64,000 nt of DNA from Spizellomyces punctatus DAOM BR117 (lineage: Eukaryota). The position numbers were made by a program, and so were the translations under genes. Below, piece after piece: positions 13,567 to 26,302 of this stretch. How positions within the stretch are numbered: the first letter of the stretch is position 1; each line of letters starts with the position of its first letter. Under the pieces are notes generated by a model. That model made no database searches. It saw only the letters and a program-made list of their open reading frames with translations, and was not told the DNA's origin. The stretch is taken from the NCBI GenBank assembly GCA_000182565.2, contig KQ257454.1, one strand, 5' to 3'.

Positions 13567-13843
13567 GTGTGTTAGGAAGTTACAGTGACGATTTAGACAA
13601 ACTCGGGGAGGAACTCTGTGTAAATAACTTTGAAAGAATTTACGGCTTAATCATATTTCCCAATTTTCATTGAGTTCATTAAAATTGCGTCCTCGTTGCA
13701 TCAATATTGCATACACCGCCAATTGGCAGCTGTCACATCAGAAAGCGCTACTGGGCACAAACATAAGACGTCATTATTTCAAATACAATTATCTGGCAAG
13801 CTGCACCCTAGGTACAATTCAGCGTCGAATCCAAAAGAAACAT

Positions 13844-16800
13844 CTATCCACGTTCCTCCAAAACCTTATCAATAACTTCCCTAATAAATCCAGTCCTATC
13901 TCTCAAATCTCGACGAAATCGGTCCTGCAATATCATTCGAACTTTCCGGTTGTTCAGTTCTCCAAGCCGATTTCCTGTATGCCAACAGAATGAAAGCCAT
14001 GATGAGCTAGATGCACGTGCACGGAACCTATACAAACGATGGAGATCACATACGATATTCTTGCAGAATTTCACGCACCCCCGCCTCGATTTGCCCATCC
14101 GTTGGGCCCGTAACCCCGCGCTCGTCCAGTATCTTATTTATGGCTGAGCTCACAGCGTCGTCCGTCAACTCCCGACCAAATTGCGTGTCAAGGCTCGCTC
14201 GTATTTGGTCGAGATTGAAGTGATCGGGTTGGCCTTCTGTGTAAATATCGACGTTGTTCTCGGAGGGTTAGTTACGGGACGAGTGAGTAGCAAAACTAGT
14301 TAGTACTAACCATGCTCGCCGATCAGCCGTCGCACAGCGTTTTCGATCTCCTCAACCACCGGTTGTGATTCTGAAGGTTCCTGGTTTGCCTCACCATATG
14401 AATCTCTGTCCAACTTTTGATCATGTTTCGGATTCGCCAGGTCAGAACTATCTGGTACAGGATTGTTTACGTGCTCTTTCTCCTCTGCTGCAGGACTATG
14501 AAGATCGTCATGCTTGTCGTTTTCCTCCGCCGGAGTCTCTTCCTGCGTCTCAGTCCCCCCAACAGTCCCTTGTGCTTCTTCCTCAACCGGCGAGATTTTC
14601 TCAAAATCGTCCTTCCCATCGTTGAATACTGAGGACAACTGTGACACAGGTCTGTCGACTTCGCTGCTGCGACGCGAAGCATCATGTATGACCGAGTTTT
14701 GTCTGGAAGGTAGACTTATTGAACCTCGTGGGCTGTTTGGACCCAAGGGGATAGTTGTAAAGCCTGGACTTTATGTTAGCCTCGATTTATTCGGGGAAAT
14801 TTGCGCATACGTATCTCACCTGTAGCAATCGAGAAGGTCTTCGCCACAGGGACGCGATTTTTCGGCATTTCTGGTCGCCACCAACTCAGAACTGATCCCA
14901 CAATTGGTAACATGCGCAATATGCTAGGTTGCTAGATGGTAATGAATACAGCCTGCTCATCACGATAGGCAGATATCACGGCGCACCTCTTCGGCTGACT
15001 CATTCTGTAGTTGCCTCTCAGCCTCCTCTATTCCTTTACGTATCACGTCAGCTATTCGAGCAACAAACTATTGATTGGAGGGATGTGTCAACATGCAATT
15101 TTGTGTACTCAGCAATACATATACGTACGTCACTATTTCGCTCCAACTTCATGCCTGTTTTAGTAATATCATTGACGAGTTCTCGAATGCTCTCCAAAGT
15201 GAATGGTTGAGACGCCTAATTTTTTTGCAAGTTAAAACATTAGGTTAAGATGCTAGATAGCAAGCCACACTTACCAAGCCGATTCGCACGCAGGAGCCAG
15301 CACCATCTCGTAGTGCAGTGGGAAGCGTGCCTTTGGCGGCCCTACAGCTCTGAAAAAGAGACTTATCTGCAGGACGCAGCTCGGATAGTTGGTCCGCCAT
15401 CTGCACATTAAGCCCATCCAGGTTGTTGATGACTTCGGGGGCGACGGAGTCTGCGGTCACGTCAATATAGAGTGGAGTGTATCTGTCAAAAGTGATGTTC
15501 TGATGAGACTTATTCTAAAAGGTTTGCAAACTCTCTCTGCTGCGATTCATACCGAACTGCACCCAAGCCGAACCACAGATCGTCCCCTGGTTCTGTTTCG
15601 CCGTTCTCGTTCACTTGAGGGGCCAGCGACGCTTCATCCACAAATATCAACTCTCGCCTCTTTTCCACGGTGTCACGAAAAGCTTTTCGAAAAGCAATAG
15701 CTGAGAATATTCTTTCAGCGTCTCGCACAATATTTCCTGCCGCATGTGGCATAATGCGGGTTTGTATTTCGAATGCCGAGGCTAAAATCAGTTAAGCCAG
15801 TATTATTGCTAGGGACCGCCTAATCCGCACATGGCCTCTGACACGTACCAGATGAGAAGGGCCGATAACGAATGTATAGTATACCGGCAACAGAGACTAG
15901 GTCTATGTCAAGATCAGATCTCAACTCATCCTGCAAGTGAGCGTAGATCTACACAAAGGTCGGAGTGAGTGTTATATTAACATCCAGAAACTTTCCATTT
16001 CGTACATATTTGGTTCCCAGTTGGCTTTCCGCGAGGTCGTCAAAGATGGGCGGGTTTTGCTGATCCGCTAGCGAGTCCTGGGCAGTTTGCCGAGCAGCCC
16101 TAGCGTCAAACCGTACGAGTACTACATGAAGAGGCGCTTCGGCTTGGGAATGCCCTCGTAAGAACGGCAGGGCGGTTACTCTGTTGAAAAATACTCGCGC
16201 CTGAAAGCATCCAGCCATATTCATGAGACGCCTACCTAATTTTAAAGGCAGCCAAGTTGTTCAACCTACCAGCTCCTGGCCCTTTAGGACATGCCTTTGC
16301 AACCGTCCCTCATCAATCGTCTTCATTATTATCCAGAACGGTAATGTGAATCCGATCGGGGTTGGCATTTCCGAAGTCTCCCTTCCCTTTCGCTCTGTTG
16401 GACGAGATGCCGCTGGCGGCACGTACTCCAGAATTAACCTCCCGTTCACCATACTACTGCGCAGTGGTTGAGCAGTATGCTTGATTTTCTGCTCGGTTTC
16501 ATCCAGAGTGCGGAAGAGCGCGCCGTCATTTTCAGCTAATACTTCATTGGCCCGATTTGCGCGAAAGAGCGTCTATTGGGCATGAAGTTCAATGATCATT
16601 GTCCAATATGAAAGAACACGTTAATTTTAACTACCAGTGGTGGCAGGCCGCTAATGCCAAACCAGCCTTCAAAATCGATCACAAATGAATCTGCTTTCTT
16701 GGCAAATTCGAGATGTGCAAGAGTAGTCTTTTGGCTCTCGTCCGTCTTAACGTTCGTAGCAACTAAGAATGCGAGACCCATGCTATGAAAGTGGGACTGT

Positions 16801-18716
16801 GAGAAAGCGCCAAGCCCTGAGATGGAATGTGGGAATACTTACCCGTCCACATGCAGCCACATATTGCATTTATCGCAAATTGCTCTCAATCCCATCAAAC
16901 TGTCAAATTGCCCAGTCACCGGTGTTCCTACGGGACAGTAGAAGAGGACTATGTTTACATTATGCAAGGCAGCTGACTGTCGAACCAAAACCTTACCTGC
17001 TCGTGCAATGACCATACAGGGTTTCTTCCCTTCCTGGATGTCCTCATCCACCATTCTATCTAGTGCTATGAGGTCAATAGTTTCCCCATCTTGCACACTT
17101 GGAACTGCCGCATGTGAGATCATGATGGACGATAGAGGAATATCTGCGCCGTAGTAAATGCTCACCCCTCCGCAGACGAGCTTTGGAAAATCCAAGTACG
17201 GTGCCCAATGCAGGCCAAGAGCGGAGTAAATGCACTTCGAACGCTTTCGCATTAATGTCATCCGCGTGATAAATTACACGTACGGGGAGATTAGCGCCGA
17301 TTAATTCTGGTGTTTTGAGCCAATTCTCTTTGCCGTTGCGATGTATGCAACGCAACAGTGCATTTCGGATAGCTGCCAACCAATTGTTTAGAACTCCTAA
17401 CAGGCTTCTCTAATATGCGTACTCAACACTCGCACTTACCGGACGCTACGCTAGAAAAGCCATCCGCGTTTGGGTCTGTAAACTGAACGTAACCGGTAGA
17501 GCTCAAATTGAGGGCGGTTTGGATCCAACCGATTCTGCCAGATGCGTTTAAGTTGATTGATCTATCCATCTAACCAGATACCAGGAAAACCACTCACACA
17601 GTAGATTCGATCTCCTTTTCCAGGGCTACACGTTTGTGGACCGGTACTAGCCCGGGGACTGAGATGATTGCAGCTACCTGCCTTACAAGCATTTTTGCGT
17701 AGAAAGGCTGGGATATTTGCTGTGACCTACATTCGACATTATATAAATATGCAACGCTTTTAGCAGAGAATCCGGGTTGCACTTACATATCCGCATCACC
17801 CGCTGAAGAAAGTACGCAATGCTTTCGGACAATCTCGCCAACTTTTTCTATGATAATAAGTGGATCAGGATGATCAAGCTCCGCAGAAACAGGTGAGCAT
17901 TTGGAGACATCGCTGTAGGCACCAGAAACAGCGCGACATCCATAAGCACGTGATCCGGTACCTCAGATCTGGCATATCGGAACAATACCTGCTACTTGAT
18001 AAAAGGTCGAGAAACAGTTTTTGGCAGGCTTCCAGAGATCGCTGCGTAAGTTTATTAGATGAGACTCTCTACGCTTCGCGTGACTAAACCAGGAGCCGGA
18101 ATTGTACCATGAAAGCCGTATCAACATTCGACCCCACATTCAGGTGGTCCGGATGAATCCCTTTACTCCATTCCTGCTTTCGCTGATTTGCCGATCGAGC
18201 ATCTTCCTTCATCGGAGAAGTGATCTCATTTCGTCCTTTACCAAGGATTCCAGTCACGCTAACGCGCTTCTTGGGATGGGTGGAATTAATATTGGATCGA
18301 ATGACTGGAGAGCTCTCGCTGTCCCTCGGAGACAATGGATGACCATTAAAATATCCTTCCGGCTCATGAGGTGAAACGAACTTTGGCGTTCGAATAACAG
18401 GGTCTGTTCCGGGACTGAGAACGGAAACTTCACTTGTATTATTCTCCTCACTTTGACCGGCAGTTGACAGTCTCGGTAGCCAAGATAGCACTGAAGATAA
18501 AGATGCACGACGGACTCCTGGAGGGCGCGAAGGAGGTTCGGAAGTCGTAGGAGATACAACCACAGATTGCTGCTGGCTCAAGGTTGTTATATCAAACGAG
18601 CGCCGCTCGTGCGGCCCAACTGGATGAAGCTCGAGTACCACCGGATGCGGAGTGTCTGTCGGTGCCGTGGGCTCGGCTGCCTCTGTAGGTGCTGTCTGAG
18701 GCGGAGAGTCTGACAT
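13844..18716 (-). CDS. PDXDC1: PDXDC1-like group II PLP decarboxylase-fold protein with S/P-rich N-terminus and two C-terminal DEK-C-like domains
   Basis: PCMVIARAGTPVTGQFD, WLHVDG, CVRIGL, VIRKGIEEAERQL and ILRMLPIVGSVLSWWRP match PDXDC1-family motifs; in-frame splicing continues to the stop at 13844. Confidence 0.8.
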
Positions 18717-19077
18717 GGACTTAATAGAATGAAGCCTATATGAACGACCTGTTTGGTACACGAGGCATCTACCACGATGGATTTAGCTGTCACAAGCAAG
18801 GGCAAGGAAGAATTCCAGAGAATAAGCTTTTTGGCTCCTTCAAGAATCCAAGGACCCAGCCTCGTATCGACCCGTTGTGCGTTTGGGATCTTGACGGCGA
18901 GCAGCTTGCCGTTTCTGGGACGAACGGTCAAGAAGCGCGACCGCGTCCGTCTGGCGCAGCAGAACCAAATAACCACACATTTCATTCGAAATAAACAAAT
19001 GAACTCCAATACAATGCACGCAATCCCACATAATACATAAATTCTCATAATAATAATTAATAACCATTAAGAAGGAA

Positions 19078-20894
19078 TTAGTCCTCTTTCGCTTCCTTTG
19101 CCATCGCAGGAACCGCGGTTCCATCGACGACATCGGCCATGAATTTCACTTCGTCGTCGCTGGATTTGCTATGCACATTGGTCCCATTACTGCGACCTCC
19201 TTTACTGACAACTCGACTTCTTATTTCTTGGGTTCCATATTGCGCGCCAATGCTCTGACCAAATTTCTTTAACATCCTGTTGAAGCCCAAGTATGTAAAT
19301 CCAACTTCCACAGCAATTAGCACTACGTGGACAAGATAGTAATTGGCTTTCCAAATGGTGAGCGAGCTCTCCACGGAGTGCACAACGAAGGGCGCTGCAA
19401 AGTAGTTGATGCTTCCAATAGTGGCCGCCCATCCCAGCACATCGTAGATAGGTTTTAACGGTGCCAAGCGACTAGCACCCAAAAAGAGGGGACGGACGTT
19501 TCGCCGGATGGTTCTCGCCACGACATTCAGAAGACTGCCCGATATGAACGTCAAATAAAACCCTGGACGGAAGCCGTGCCAGAATGCACTAGTAAGATAC
19601 GTCGCCACGGCAGCAGCGCCGCTAGGCTTTGTACCGGCCGGAGTGATGCGAAGGTAAACATATCGCCGAAGCCACAGACCAGTGTTTTTGTTCCAGTTGT
19701 CAAGGGCAACCTTTGAGTTGGGCGCCAGCTCGAAGCCCAGAATCGCAATGTTTTGTACGCGGTTCCACAAATGTTTGCCGGTTTTGGGATCTATGCCGTT
19801 ATATCCCACTCCTGAAAGGATGCAAGCCGCTTCCGAAAGCTTCCAGGCGACATAATACTTTGTGCGCGCTAACAGTCCGGCTAACTGCAAGTATAAAAAG
19901 CTAAACAGAATCCTAGAGTCACACGTCTGCAGCATACGCACTCATCACTACTGGAAACGTACCGTTTTGGGAACGCCAACTTTGCATACTCCGGAGTAAG
20001 GGCATAGTGGTACGGGAAGACATTTCCAAACTTGAAGAAGACGACGAGTGAGACAAATGCGGAGGCCACCGTCTTCAACGCTGGGAGGGCGGGACTTGGC
20101 ATTTGGTCAAATGGTGGCTATCAAGAGATGACATCGTTAAAGACGAAGATTCCGAAAGCAGTCTTAGTTCAAGTGTCGCACCTCATTAGTTATGAACTTC
20201 CGGTAATCCGCGAATTCAAATGCTGGACCAACAAGAAAACCGCCGAAAAAGAAGACGTAGCCAAAATATTCGATCAATCCAGGGAACTTGCGTATCGCTA
20301 GTGATCTTTGATCCGCCGACAGATCCTGAAGGAGCAGGCATTCTTTTTGTCAGATATCAAATACGATCTTCTCTTGGTTGCACGGAGGACCCACCTTGTC
20401 AGGCTTTGTGCCATCGTGGGCCGCCCACGCAAATGAGGTCAGCTTGATTGCAAGAACCATCATAGGGGCAGTATGGTCGAAATTCGCGGTGCTTTTGTTG
20501 ATTAATTGACCAAAGATGTGACTGAAATGACAATTAGTGCTTAGCATTACCGACCATCCCTATAAGAAATCAAGACGTACTTTATCGATAGCTGGCCCAT
20601 GGCACCCAAAAAAGCCAATATAGGACCCCATTTACTTTTTCTCATAGTTGCTGTCAGCACATAGATTGCCAGCGCTTCCCCGACCAACTGGATGAATCCG
20701 CTAACATTGAAAAGCGAACAAAACAGCGTGCCCGACACTCCAATTGAGAAAAGATGTCGGGCAGTAGGTGAGGACGCGGGAATGAGGCGATATAGGATTG
20801 CTGCTGGGAACGCAGCAATAAGCATTACGGCTGCCTTGAGAAGGTCCGGAGGAACCCCAGTTCGGGCGAGGCTCTCTATATAATCGTTGAGCAT
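19078..20894 (-). CDS. ALE1: MBOAT lysophospholipid acyltransferase Ale1/Slc4
   Basis: MMVLAIKLTSFAW, KYYVAWKLSEAAC, WNKNTGLWLRRYVY, catalytic-His motif SAFWHGFRPGFYLTF; multiple TM segments. Confidence 0.92.
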
Positions 20895-21317
20895 CTTGAC
20901 CAACCCGTCCAACTGGAAGACTGGTATGCTTGCGAGAGTCAAAATGGACGCCTTTGGCTGAACAAAATAAATAACAAAATAGGTTGAGAAAACTACATTC
21001 GTCTAGTCTTTCATAATAAAGCGCGCGGGCAAACTCGAACTAGATCAGTCGTTCAGACCGTTGCAATGCATCCCCCATCATTTACAGTACAACTGGCCTA
21101 CTACAGCTTACCTGAGTCTGTCGACCTTTGCGCAACACCCCACAACACGGCCTTCCCTGCCGCCGGTCGTTATTTTAGTTTTTTCGTAGCACCCTCTTTG
21201 CTCGTCATCCTCTGTTCGAGCCGGATCTAAGTTAATATCCGTTCACCCTGATCAGTGCATCGCGGCACGTGCTATAAGCTTCACAACCTGCCTGACCAGA
21301 TCTCCGCCGCCAACTGC

Positions 21318-24300
21318 ATGGTTCATTTTCCTAGGAGCCCGGGCGGACAACTGCTGCGTCAACTTTCGTCAGCCCGATTAACTTTGGAATTGAACTGCTT
21401 CCAATGTACGAAATGCCGGCCAGTCTCAGATCAGGCGTCTAGCATACTGCGGAGAAGATTCTCAACCTCTCTACGTCAACATGATCAGCAACACTATGAC
21501 CAAGCGGCACCATACGGTATTGCCAAAGAGATACAGCAGTTGTTGCCGGAATTTGCACTGGAAGATCATGTAGGAGAAGACGGGGATAAGATAGGTTTTC
21601 CCGAATCTATCCATGAGGTGAATCCGGAGGACCAAGGAATGTTGAAATCGCCAAGGTCCGTTAGCCATTTCACCACCATGCTACAAAAGGGTAGAATTCG
21701 AAAAGCACGGAAGGTTGCACACAGTCCTGTTTTTCAGTCTGATTTGGCACGTTTGTCCCAAAACGATATTGAGAGGCTCCTCCGTTTAACCGTCACAATA
21801 TCTCTATCTCAAAGAGCGACAAATATCACGAAACAGAAAGATGGAGAGGAGCATTCCACAAAAGCCACATTTTCAGCGTCCTTACTGGCGATTCGGAGGG
21901 TGTTACTTTCGACGTTGATTACCACAATAACAAACGGTCCATCCGACTCGCGTCACGGAAGCATTTCAGCATCCCGAAGTGACAATGGTCGAAAGTCCAT
22001 GGCATATGCTAGGGAGCTGATTGCGGGTAGAGCTTTGAGAGAATTTCTCATATCACCTGGTCCCTTTGACTATCAGACTCTCATCACTGCACAGGCTGCA
22101 ATTGGAGAATTGGATGGCGCGCAAGAGACAGTCAAATGGGGTTTAGATTTTGGGGTTAAACTACCACTGGCATGCTTTCAGATATTGGCAAGCGAGCGGG
22201 CAAAGAGATGGCACTGGGATGGCGTTAGATGGGTGTGGCAGGCGATACAACGCAGTGGAGCACCTTTCCATCGAGCTGGCACTCGCCTCCAACGCCATTC
22301 TGCTAAATCTGCAAAGCGTTATGTGGACGCGTTATCAGCTTTTGTTCAATTGCATGTCCATGATATGGGGGAAGAGCATCTGTCAGATTTTCTCAAAAGG
22401 CACGATCTGTTAGATATGAATGATATCGGAGATATCATCTGGTCCCGCCACCCAGAGAACAGAAAACCGCAAGCGGCTGTGCTCAAAGATCTACTTCGAA
22501 CTTTTTCGAGTTATCCATCTAGAGCTATGGATGTTTTTGCACTGCTGCGAGCTTTTACACAACCCTCCTCAGAGGATTGCGCGATTGTAATTTCATCCGT
22601 AACTTCGGAAAATGACGATCAGAAGATATTGGATCTTGATGAGATGATGCGCAAAGATGCAGTATCTCTCGATACTGAAACTCGAAGTATCATCGAAACT
22701 GCGCGAGTTCGAGTGAAGCGACGTGCTGCACGAACTGGTGACAGCAACATCCGTTTTGCCTTGCGAAGTGACCCTCCAAAGCTTAAGCTTGCTTGTCAAG
22801 AATTTTATCGTGCACGAGAGGAAGGCCGGGTTCTTCGTGCAGAAACCATGAGCGATTTGATCACGTTCCATGTGCGCGCTGACCGTAAGAATGAAGCACT
22901 GGAGTTCTATCATACCATGAAGTCATGGAGTCAAACACCGAGCAGAACTGCGTATGGAGCTCTCATATCTTCTGCGTTAAAGAATAGTCACCTGACAAGA
23001 GTTTGGACGTATTATGACGAAATGGTCAACTCTGAGGATCCTGAAAAGCGCCCAAATGCGCGGATATGTTCACGGATCCTTGCCGCTATTTCGAAGTCCC
23101 TGCCAGGTGACCTGCGTACTAAGGCCTCAAAAGTAGAGGAAGAGTGGATGAGTATGGTGGAGGACGGTGTTAAGCCGAATGTGGAAATGTGGAATGTGGT
23201 TCTTTCAGCTCATGCCAGTGCAGGTGACCTGAAAGTGGTTTTGAAGAAAGTGGCGCAGATGAGTGAAGAAGGCATCTTGCCGGATGAGTTCACCCTTCAT
23301 GCGATCATAGATGCACACATCAAAAGCCGGAACATTAAGGAAGCTAAGGGCTATATGGAGGAGTTCATCGCGAAGACTAAGGTACAGCCTCTGCGGGCAA
23401 CCATCAATCTTCTTGTTGCGAACAGTGCCGACACAGCGTCCGCCCGAGACCTTGTGATCGAGGCAGAACAGCGGTTCGGAATCATGGCGGATTCGTCCAC
23501 GCAGAGCGCGCTAGCATTTGTCGCTCGAACCGGCGCGGGTTCTCCAGGTACTCAAGAAGAGGCGAATGGAGGGTCGACATCTATATTCGATCCTACATTC
23601 CAAGCCAATATGTTGCTTTCCAAAGAAGACGACCCCACCAAATTCGGCGAAATCCTGAACCGTCCAGGTGTGAAGCCTGACGTCGTGACATACACTACTC
23701 TCGTAGGCAAGCATCTTCATCATGGTCAGCTTGCTGAAGTTGAACAACTTTATGCACGCATGAGGGATGATCCAGCTACAGCACCGCGACCCGTTACCTT
23801 CCACGTCTTAATTCATCACTTCTCCCAACTGGGTGATGTCGTCAACATGCGTCGATACATCCGGGACATGGAGTCGGCAGGAGTGGTACCCCTGCCAAAA
23901 ACATACGCTAGCCTTATCAATGGCTTCTCTCGCGCGGGCGACCTTGTTACTGCTGAAGATTTTGTCCTGAAACACATGGTGGAACATAACGTGGCACCAG
24001 ATGTGGTAGTGATGAATGCTCTGATGAATGCACGAGTCCGTGCGGGCGATTTGGTAGGAGCGAGGAATTGGAGGAGAGTTATGATGAAAAAATGGAAGAT
24101 CGTGCCGAACGCTGTAACCTTCCAAGTGTTGATTGATGGATATTGCCAAAAGGGAACAAAGCAAGCGATGAACACCGCTGTGAAATTGTTGGAGGCCATG
24201 GAAAAGGATAGGGATCCAAGGGTCAGGCCCTCTGACCATATTCCTTACACCACTCTGATTGCTGGATATGGCAAAATCGGTGATATGGAGAGCGCGCTAG

Positions 24301-25583
24301 CAAGATTTACGGAAATGCTAGCAAAGAACATTAAGCCAGGGGTGGAAACTCATAACGCAATGATTGGCGCATATTGTGCGGTAGGCGACTTTCGGGGAGC
24401 ACAAGAATGGTTTGAGCGGGCATTTTTAAATAACCATCAGGAAGGCAACACATCTCTGCACCCGGATAGCGTCACGTTCTTTATCCTCATCAAAGCGCAT
24501 GCCGATGCAAACGATGCGGACGGAGTGGCTTTTTGGCTGGATGCCATGAACCGCGCTGGGATAGTTCCATCGCCGCCTATTCGAAATGTTGTTTTCGGGT
24601 GGCTATGTAGAACGGGCAGGACGGAACAAGCTACTGAGTGGTTTGAGATTATCCGCAAGAGTGGACATGTGGGGTCGCGGACGGTTGTTGCTGCCTTGGA
24701 AGCTTTCGCTAAGAAGCGGGATCCTGAGAGTGCTGAGGAATGGTTCTCCAAGCTGACAAGTATAGGTGCTGAGATCGACGTCAAAGCATGGACAGCACTT
24801 GCCGATGCGTATGGAAAGAGTGGAGATTTAGATGGGGTAAAGAGGACTTATGAGCGTATGTTAGAGGTTGGTTGTGAACCAAGTGCAGTAACATACCTGA
24901 CCTTGTTGGATGCTTATGCGAAGAAGGGCCATGAAAGAGGAGGACTAGAATGGATACAGAAAATGACGGCGAGGGGAGTAGCTGTCGGAGAAGAGCATGT
25001 TGTTGCTTTGATGGATGCGAGAGAAAGGGCCAAGAATTTGGAAGGTGTCCGGGAGTGTTGGTCATGGATTCTGAATCGATCATGGCCAGGACGAAATGGG
25101 AATATGGCGCAGAGTCCCAACGGCGCGAACTCCAAGCTGCCGGAACCACGTTCTTCTGAGCGTGCAAAGAGCCAAAAACCCGCCGAGCCGACAGCAAAGC
25201 CCCTTCCTCTGCACAGAGCGCAAATACCGGAAGCAGCTGCATGTGTTTACCTAGACGCTCTCGGCCGTCACTCTACACATGCTGACCTGCAAGAGGCCTG
25301 GCGAGAGATTCAAACACGTGCACAAGCACTCAAGTATGATATAACCGAAAACCAGGTGTCGTCTTTGGTCGAGGCATTGGTGCGGCTCGGTCAAGTTGAC
25401 GAGGCTGTGCAAGTGGTCTTAACTGAAAAGGCAGTGGGACAAAAGGTGTTGGTTGGCTTGATTGGAGGTGTGAAAAATATGAGTGGGTTGGTCCAAGCAC
25501 GGGCGACCCTCGAGCAAGTTCACGGGGTCGTTGGGCAAGATGTAGCCAGGAGAGTGCGTGAGACGGTCTTGGCAGAAGTCTAG
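21318..25583 (+). CDS. Large intronless pentatricopeptide-repeat (PPR) protein, probably mitochondrial
   Basis: Many ~35-aa repeats (e.g. PDVVTYTTLVGKHL, TYASLINGFSRAGD, YTTLIAGYGKIGDM, AWTALADAYGKSGDL); R/S-rich N-terminus resembling a presequence. Confidence 0.9.
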   Translation: MVHFPRSPGGQLLRQLSSARLTLELNCFQCTKCRPVSDQASSILRRRFSTSLRQHDQQHYDQAAPYGIAKEIQQLLPEFALEDHVGEDGDKIGFPESIHEVNPEDQGMLKSPRSVSHFTTMLQKGRIRKARKVAHSPVFQSDLARLSQNDIERLLRLTVTISLSQRATNITKQKDGEEHSTKATFSASLLAIRRVLLSTLITTITNGPSDSRHGSISASRSDNGRKSMAYARELIAGRALREFLISPGPFDYQTLITAQAAIGELDGAQETVKWGLDFGVKLPLACFQILASERAKRWHWDGVRWVWQAIQRSGAPFHRAGTRLQRHSAKSAKRYVDALSAFVQLHVHDMGEEHLSDFLKRHDLLDMNDIGDIIWSRHPENRKPQAAVLKDLLRTFSSYPSRAMDVFALLRAFTQPSSEDCAIVISSVTSENDDQKILDLDEMMRKDAVSLDTETRSIIETARVRVKRRAARTGDSNIRFALRSDPPKLKLACQEFYRAREEGRVLRAETMSDLITFHVRADRKNEALEFYHTMKSWSQTPSRTAYGALISSALKNSHLTRVWTYYDEMVNSEDPEKRPNARICSRILAAISKSLPGDLRTKASKVEEEWMSMVEDGVKPNVEMWNVVLSAHASAGDLKVVLKKVAQMSEEGILPDEFTLHAIIDAHIKSRNIKEAKGYMEEFIAKTKVQPLRATINLLVANSADTASARDLVIEAEQRFGIMADSSTQSALAFVARTGAGSPGTQEEANGGSTSIFDPTFQANMLLSKEDDPTKFGEILNRPGVKPDVVTYTTLVGKHLHHGQLAEVEQLYARMRDDPATAPRPVTFHVLIHHFSQLGDVVNMRRYIRDMESAGVVPLPKTYASLINGFSRAGDLVTAEDFVLKHMVEHNVAPDVVVMNALMNARVRAGDLVGARNWRRVMMKKWKIVPNAVTFQVLIDGYCQKGTKQAMNTAVKLLEAMEKDRDPRVRPSDHIPYTTLIAGYGKIGDMESALARFTEMLAKNIKPGVETHNAMIGAYCAVGDFRGAQEWFERAFLNNHQEGNTSLHPDSVTFFILIKAHADANDADGVAFWLDAMNRAGIVPSPPIRNVVFGWLCRTGRTEQATEWFEIIRKSGHVGSRTVVAALEAFAKKRDPESAEEWFSKLTSIGAEIDVKAWTALADAYGKSGDLDGVKRTYERMLEVGCEPSAVTYLTLLDAYAKKGHERGGLEWIQKMTARGVAVGEEHVVALMDARERAKNLEGVRECWSWILNRSWPGRNGNMAQSPNGANSKLPEPRSSERAKSQKPAEPTAKPLPLHRAQIPEAAACVYLDALGRHSTHADLQEAWREIQTRAQALKYDITENQVSSLVEALVRLGQVDEAVQVVLTEKAVGQKVLVGLIGGVKNMSGLVQARATLEQVHGVVGQDVARRVRETVLAEV

Positions 25584-26302
25584 ATAGATTACACACGAGG
25601 TAGTTCACTAGGTTTATGTAATCGATTGTCCGTCCATGCTTTGGTGGACATCATCCTCCTATTTTCCAGAAAAATATTCAGAGCTAGTTCCGGCTACTGG
25701 CGTCGAGTTGACGGTGCCTGTGTGGTCAAGTACACGTGACTTTGGAGATACCCCACGATCTCACGGAGCCGCCGGCACCTTGGTACAATTTTGTCATCCA
25801 CCAGGTTGGTGAACAACTTTTAATGCCTTTTGAATCTAATTTCCTAAGCCCGTCCGATCACCTTTTCTTGCGCCGTATGGCTGGTGTGCAGGACGGACGA
25901 GGAAACGTGGGCAAAGTGATCTCACTTTTTGAGACCACATTTCAGGGCACACCGCACGCACTCCGGAGAAGGCGCGCCGCGAGTGGAAGGCAACGTGCAA
26001 GTCTGCTGGCACGCGCAAACAAAAGATCTGCTCTCTAAATCATCCAGGAAAGGAAGGGCAGGAATATATGCGCAACCGTACAATTTCCATGACCTTTAAT
26101 TTCTTGACCTACGACTGTACAATGCGAAGGTGATACGAGATCAGAGTCGAGAATGTTGGGACAAATTGATTTGCATTATCGTTCGTTTTGGGCGCTAATC
26201 GCAGTGACAGCGATTTTATCATGATTCGCAAGTATAAAATGGCATAGCTACTGTCATAATCCACGCATTGGCACCTTCGCAAATCCTTTTCTGAACCTCA
26301 TC

